Of a stretch of DNA of 25,988 nucleotides, positions 21,445-25,988 are shown piece by piece. Both the position numbers and the translations under genes were made by a program. The notes under the pieces are model-generated. The model saw only the letters and a list, made by a program, of their open reading frames with translations, was not told where the DNA came from and did no database searches. Every line of letters starts with the position of its first letter. Positions within the stretch are counted from its first letter, which is position 1. The stretch is from Tubiluchus corallicola (taxonomy: Eukaryota > Animalia > Priapulida), in assembly GCA_030141605.1 (NCBI GenBank), contig JAQGDQ010001773.1, positions 1-25,988 on the forward strand, read 5' to 3'.

Positions 21445-21988
21445 TTCTTCTTCTTCGCAGCTTTTCCCTATTCGGGGTCGCCGTTGTGAATGAGTCTTCT
21501 CCACGCATTCCTGTTGTTGACCATCTCTTCATTTATGTCTTCCCTTCCCACATGATCTTCACCGACTCTTCTTTTCAGGTGTCCATACCATCGCAATCTT
21601 GCGAGGCTTCCACTACTTTTACTCTTCCTCTGATATTATGCAATCTTGCGAGGCTTCCACTACTTTTACTGTTCCTCTGATATTATTATTTCTAATTTTA
21701 TCTCTTCTTGTTATTCCCTCCATCCATCTCAACATCCTCATCTCCACCACACCCATTTTCCTCTCTTCGGTCTTCTTTAGAGAAGCTGCTTCCAGCCCAT
21801 AGATTAGAGTGGGTCTGACCACTTCTTTGCGAACTTTCCCTTTAAGTCTCACCGACTCATTCATAGAAGGTTTTGGCGCAGTTTTTACAGGCGGATGCCC
21901 TTCCTGACCCTAACCCTCCCTATTTATCCGGGCTTGGGACCGGGACTGAGTTGGGCTGGCTTGCCCCCCCCCCCCCCCGTGGCTGGGT
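21445..21988 (-). mobile_element. Internally deleted RTE-clade LINE derivative (5'UTR fused to the ORF C-terminus and 3'UTR)
   Basis: 17-bp TSD TACATTAATTATCTAAC (21428-21444 and 21989-22005) and a (GAA)n tail. Peptide LKGKVRKEVVRPTLIYGLE..EMRMLRWMEGITRRDKIRN is typical of the RTE ORF C-terminus. 5' motif CCCAAGCCCGGATAAATAGGGAGGG...GGAAGGGCATCC. Confidence 0.88.
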
Positions 21989-22334
21989 TACATTAATTAT
22001 CTAACAAAACTGTTAAAACGAAACAACTACATGTATTAATTAATGTACTAAAAACAGATGCAAATTGTGTTCGTTCGGTCACGTCTGAGAAACGAATTTG
22101 AATGCAAAAGCGCTACAGACGTCAGCAACAGATGTTGCATGTATAAATGTGCTAATCAATAGCAAATTCCAGAATCATCGTGTCTATCATAAATGAGTTA
22201 TTCTGAAAGCATTAATACGCCACACGAACTACTTTCACTTGCAATTAAGCTGCAAGCATCAAGGAGACACTCTGAAGGGCAAAATAAAATTTAGTTTGTC
22301 TTTGAAGTTATGATAATCAGAAGCTGGAAATAAC

Positions 22335-23609
22335 ACACAATCTACGGCAGATGAAAATGTAGAAAACCAACTAAACACAATCTACGGCTGATGAAAATGT
22401 AGAAAACCAACTAAACACAATCTACGGCAGATGAAAATGTAGAAAATCGGCTAAACACAATCTACGGCAGTTGAAAACGTAGAAAACCAGCTAAACATAA
22501 TCTACGGCAGTTGAAAACGTAGAAAACCAACTAAACACAATCTACGGCAGATGAAAATGTAGAAAACCAGCTAAACATAATCTACGGCAGTTGAAAATGT
22601 AGAAAACCAGCTAAACATAATCTACGGCAGTTGAAAACGTAGAAAACCAACTAAACACAATCTACGGCAGATGAAAATGTACAAAACCAACAAAACACAA
22701 TCTACGGCAGTTGAAAATGTAAAAAACCAACTAAACACAATCTACGGCAGATGAAAATGTACAAAACCAACTAAACACAATCTACAGCAGTTGAAAATGT
22801 AGAAAACCAACTAAACATAATCTACGGCTGATGAAAATGTACAAAACCAACTAAACACAATCTACGGCAGATGAAAATGTAGAAAATCGGCTAAACACAA
22901 TCTACGGCAGATGAAAATGTAGAAAACCAGCTAAACACAATCTAAGGCAGATGAAAATGTAGAAAACCAGCTAAACACAATCTAAGGCAGATGAAAATAT
23001 AGAAAACCAGCTAAACATGATCTAAAGTAGATGAAAACGTAGAAAGCCAGCTAAACACAATCTACGGCAGATGAAAACATGGAAAACCAGCTAAACACAA
23101 TCTACGGCAGACGAAAACGTAGAAAACCGGCTAAACACAATCTACGGCAGTTGAAAACGTAGAAAACCAGCTAAACACAATCTACGGCAGATGAAAATGT
23201 AGAAAACCAGCTAAACACAATCTAAGGCAGATGAAAAGATAGAAAACCAGCTAAACATGATCTAAGGTAGATGAAAATGTAGAAAGCCAGCTAAACACAA
23301 TCTACGGCAGATGAAAACGTAGAAAACCAGCTAAACACAATCTACGGCAGACGAAAACGTAGAAAACCGGCTAAACACAATCTACGGCAGATGAAAACGT
23401 AGAAAACCAGCTAAACACAATCTAAGGTAGATGAAAACGTAGAAAACCAGCTAAACACAATCTAAGGCAGATGAAAACATGGAAAACCAGCTAAACACAA
23501 TCTACGGCAGATTAAAACATGGAAAACCAGCTAAACACAATCTACGGCAGATGAAAACATGGAAAACCGGCTAAACACCATCTAAGGCAGATTAAAATCT
23601 AAGAAAACC
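22335..23609. repeat. 40-bp minisatellite AAACACAATCTACGGCAGATGAAAAYGTAGAAAACCARCT, about 32 copies
   Basis: Strict 40-bp periodicity with substitution variants and almost no indels. Confidence 0.97.
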
Positions 23610-24059
23610 GTTTATTTTTTAAGTTATAGTAACACTGCAGTCAAAGATTGGTTTGTAGCAAATCACTTTTTCACAAGCTAAAGCATCCTCGTTTGTTCCA
23701 AATTTAAAAGCCAGACAACTATTCTATAACCAGCACATGTCAACAAGAGGAAAATGGCAAAGAAACTAAACGAAAGATTTTGCTACTTATACAAACATCT
23801 TAAAAGCCTCATTCTGTGTGATATAAACAATGGCCTATTTTGACAGACGGATATAAATAGACAATTAAAAATATAAGACTATAATTTACTATTATAAGCT
23901 ATTACACTACAATTTCATATACTAAGATAAGTTCCAATTAAATTTCCAAAGACCTTACTTATTCGATGCATACGTGGAAAAGGTATGTTAAAACAAGCGT
24001 TGACAGTTTTCAAGCCATGTCTCATACATGGCATCGTATCGATACTGAGTCAGCGTACC

Positions 24060-25988
24060 ACACTTCCAATAAGGACGGTCATTTTTTGTGTTACACCTCC
24101 AAATAAGTAAGGTCGTTGTTTGTGTCACACTTCCAAATGAGGAGTCTTTGTTTGCGTTACACCTCCAAATAAGTAAGGTCGTTGTTTGTGTCACACTTCC
24201 AAATGAGGAGTCTTTGTTTGCGTCACACCTCCAAATAAGTAAGGTCGTTGTTTGTGTCACACTTCCAAATGAGGAGTCTTTGTTTGCGTCACACCTTCAA
24301 ATAAGTAAGGTCGTTGTTTGTGTCACACTTCCAAATAAGGAAAGTCTTTGTTTGCGTCACAGTTTCAAATAAGTAAGGTCGTTGTTTGTGTCACACTTTC
24401 AAATAAGGAAAGTCTTTGTTTACGTTACACCTTCTAATAAGTAAGGTCGTTGTTTGTGTCACACTTCCAAATAAGAAAATTCTTTGTTTACGTTACACCT
24501 TCTAATAAGTAAGGTTGTTATTTGCATCCCACCTTCAAATAAGTAAGGTTGTTGTTTGTGTCACACTTTCAAATAAGAAAATTCTTTGTTTACGTTACAC
24601 CTTCTAATAAGTAAGGTTGTTATTTGCATCACACCTTCAAATAAGTAAGGTTGTTGTTTGTGTCACACTTTCAAATAAGAAAATTCTTTGTTTACGTTAC
24701 ACCTTCTAATAAGTAAGGTTGTTATTTGCATCCCACCTTCAAATAAGTAAGGTTGTTGTTTGTGTCACACTTTCAAATAAGAAAATTCTTTGTTTACGTT
24801 ACACCTTCTAATAAGTAAGGTTGTTGTTTGTGTCACACTTACAAAGAAGGAAAGTCTTTGTTTGTATCACAACTTCAAATAAGTAAGGTCGTTGTTTGTG
24901 TCACACTTTCAAATAAGGAAAGTCTTTGTTTACGTTACACCTTCTAATAAGTAAGGTTGTTGTTTGTGTCACACTTCCAAATAAGGAAAGTCGTTGTTTA
25001 CGTTACACCTTCTAATAAGTAAGGTTGTTGTTTGAGTCACACTTTCAAATAAGGAAAGTCTTTGTTTGAGTCACACTTTCAAATAAGTAAGGTTGTTGTT
25101 TGTGTCACACTTTCAAATAAGAAAATTCTTTGTTTACGTTACACCTTCTAATAAGTAAGGTTGTTATTTGCATCCCACCTTCAAATAAGTAAGGTTGTTG
25201 TTTGTGTCACACTTTCAAATAAGAAAATTCTTTGTTTACGTTACACCTTCTAATAAGTAAGGTTGTTATTTGCATCCCACCTTCAAATAAGTAAGGTTGT
25301 TGTTTGTGTCACACTTTCAAATAAGGAAAGTCTTTGTTTACGTTACACCTTCTAATAAGTAAGGTCGTTGTTTGTGTCACACTTCCAAATAAGGAAGGTC
25401 TTTGTTTGAGTCACACTTTCAAATAAGAAAATTCTTTGTTTACGTTACACCTTCTAATAAGTAAGGTTGTTATTTGCATCCCACCTTCAAATAAGTAAGG
25501 TTGTTGTTTGTGTCACACTTCCAAAGAAGGAAAGTCTTTGTTTGTATCACAACTTCAAATAAGTAAGGTCGTTGTTTGTGTCACACTTTCAAATAAGGAA
25601 AGTCTTTGTTTACGTTACACCTTCTAATAAGTAAGGTTGTTGTTTGTGTCACACTTCCAAATAAGGAAAGTCGTTGTTTACGTTACACCTTCTAATAAGT
25701 AAGGTTGTTGTTTGAGTCACACTTTCAAATAAGGAAAGTCTTTGTTTGAGTCACACTTTCAAATAAGTAAGGTTGTTGTTTGTGTCACACTTTCAAATAA
25801 GAAAATTCTTTGTTTACGTTACACCTTCTAATAAGTAAGGTTGTTATTTGCATCCCACCTTCAAATAAGTAAGGTTGTTGTTTGTGTCACACTTTCAAAT
25901 AAGAAAATTCTTTGTTTACGTTACACCTTCTAATAAGTAAGGTTGTTATTTGCATCCCACATTCAAATAAGTAAGGTTGTTGTTTGTG
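24060..25988. repeat. About 34-bp satellite (AAATAAGTAAGGTYGTTGTTTGTGTCACACTTYC and variants) with higher-order structure, running off the window
   Basis: 66-68-bp dimers at the start, 102-bp trimers (24481/24583/24685), and a 680-bp block duplication (24841 vs 25521). Confidence 0.96.

Noticed and set aside
22335-23609. CRISPR-like appearance of the 33-40-bp periodic arrays
   Set aside because: Units are head-to-tail with no unique spacers, there are no cas genes, and the context is eukaryotic and spliceosomal.
23950-24090. Candidate upstream KIND exon ending at a GTAAGG donor
   Set aside because: The required phase-0 frame ends in TAA and there is no KIND similarity. The upstream exons probably lie outside the window.

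Overview
AT-rich, repeat-dense animal genomic DNA, probably from an invertebrate; it is not prokaryotic. A minus-strand, intron-rich gene spans the window. Six GT-AG exons (20389-20324, 18595-18503, 15264-15169, 12695-12624, 10460-9829, 382-270) splice in phase. They encode the C-terminal half of a KIND domain resembling PTPN13/FRMPD2, followed by a low-complexity linker. A plus-strand gene lies antisense inside one intron (probable CDS 2967-3026 + 4807-6153). It encodes a BTBD1/2/3/6-like BTB-BACK module fused to a C-terminal MATH domain and is preceded by a triplicated RFX X-box-like cassette. The most striking feature is the 93-bp array at 15205-17565, which is an amplified 3' splice site plus the first 20 codons of a KIND exon. 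It places 23 decoy acceptors upstream of the single productive one, and each decoy runs into an in-frame stop. The introns also hold three other minisatellite arrays, microsatellites, hAT- and Tc1/mariner-like MITEs, RTE-derived and other LINE fragments, tRNA-derived SINEs, and a complex inverted duplication. All family assignments come from motif recognition, not database searches.
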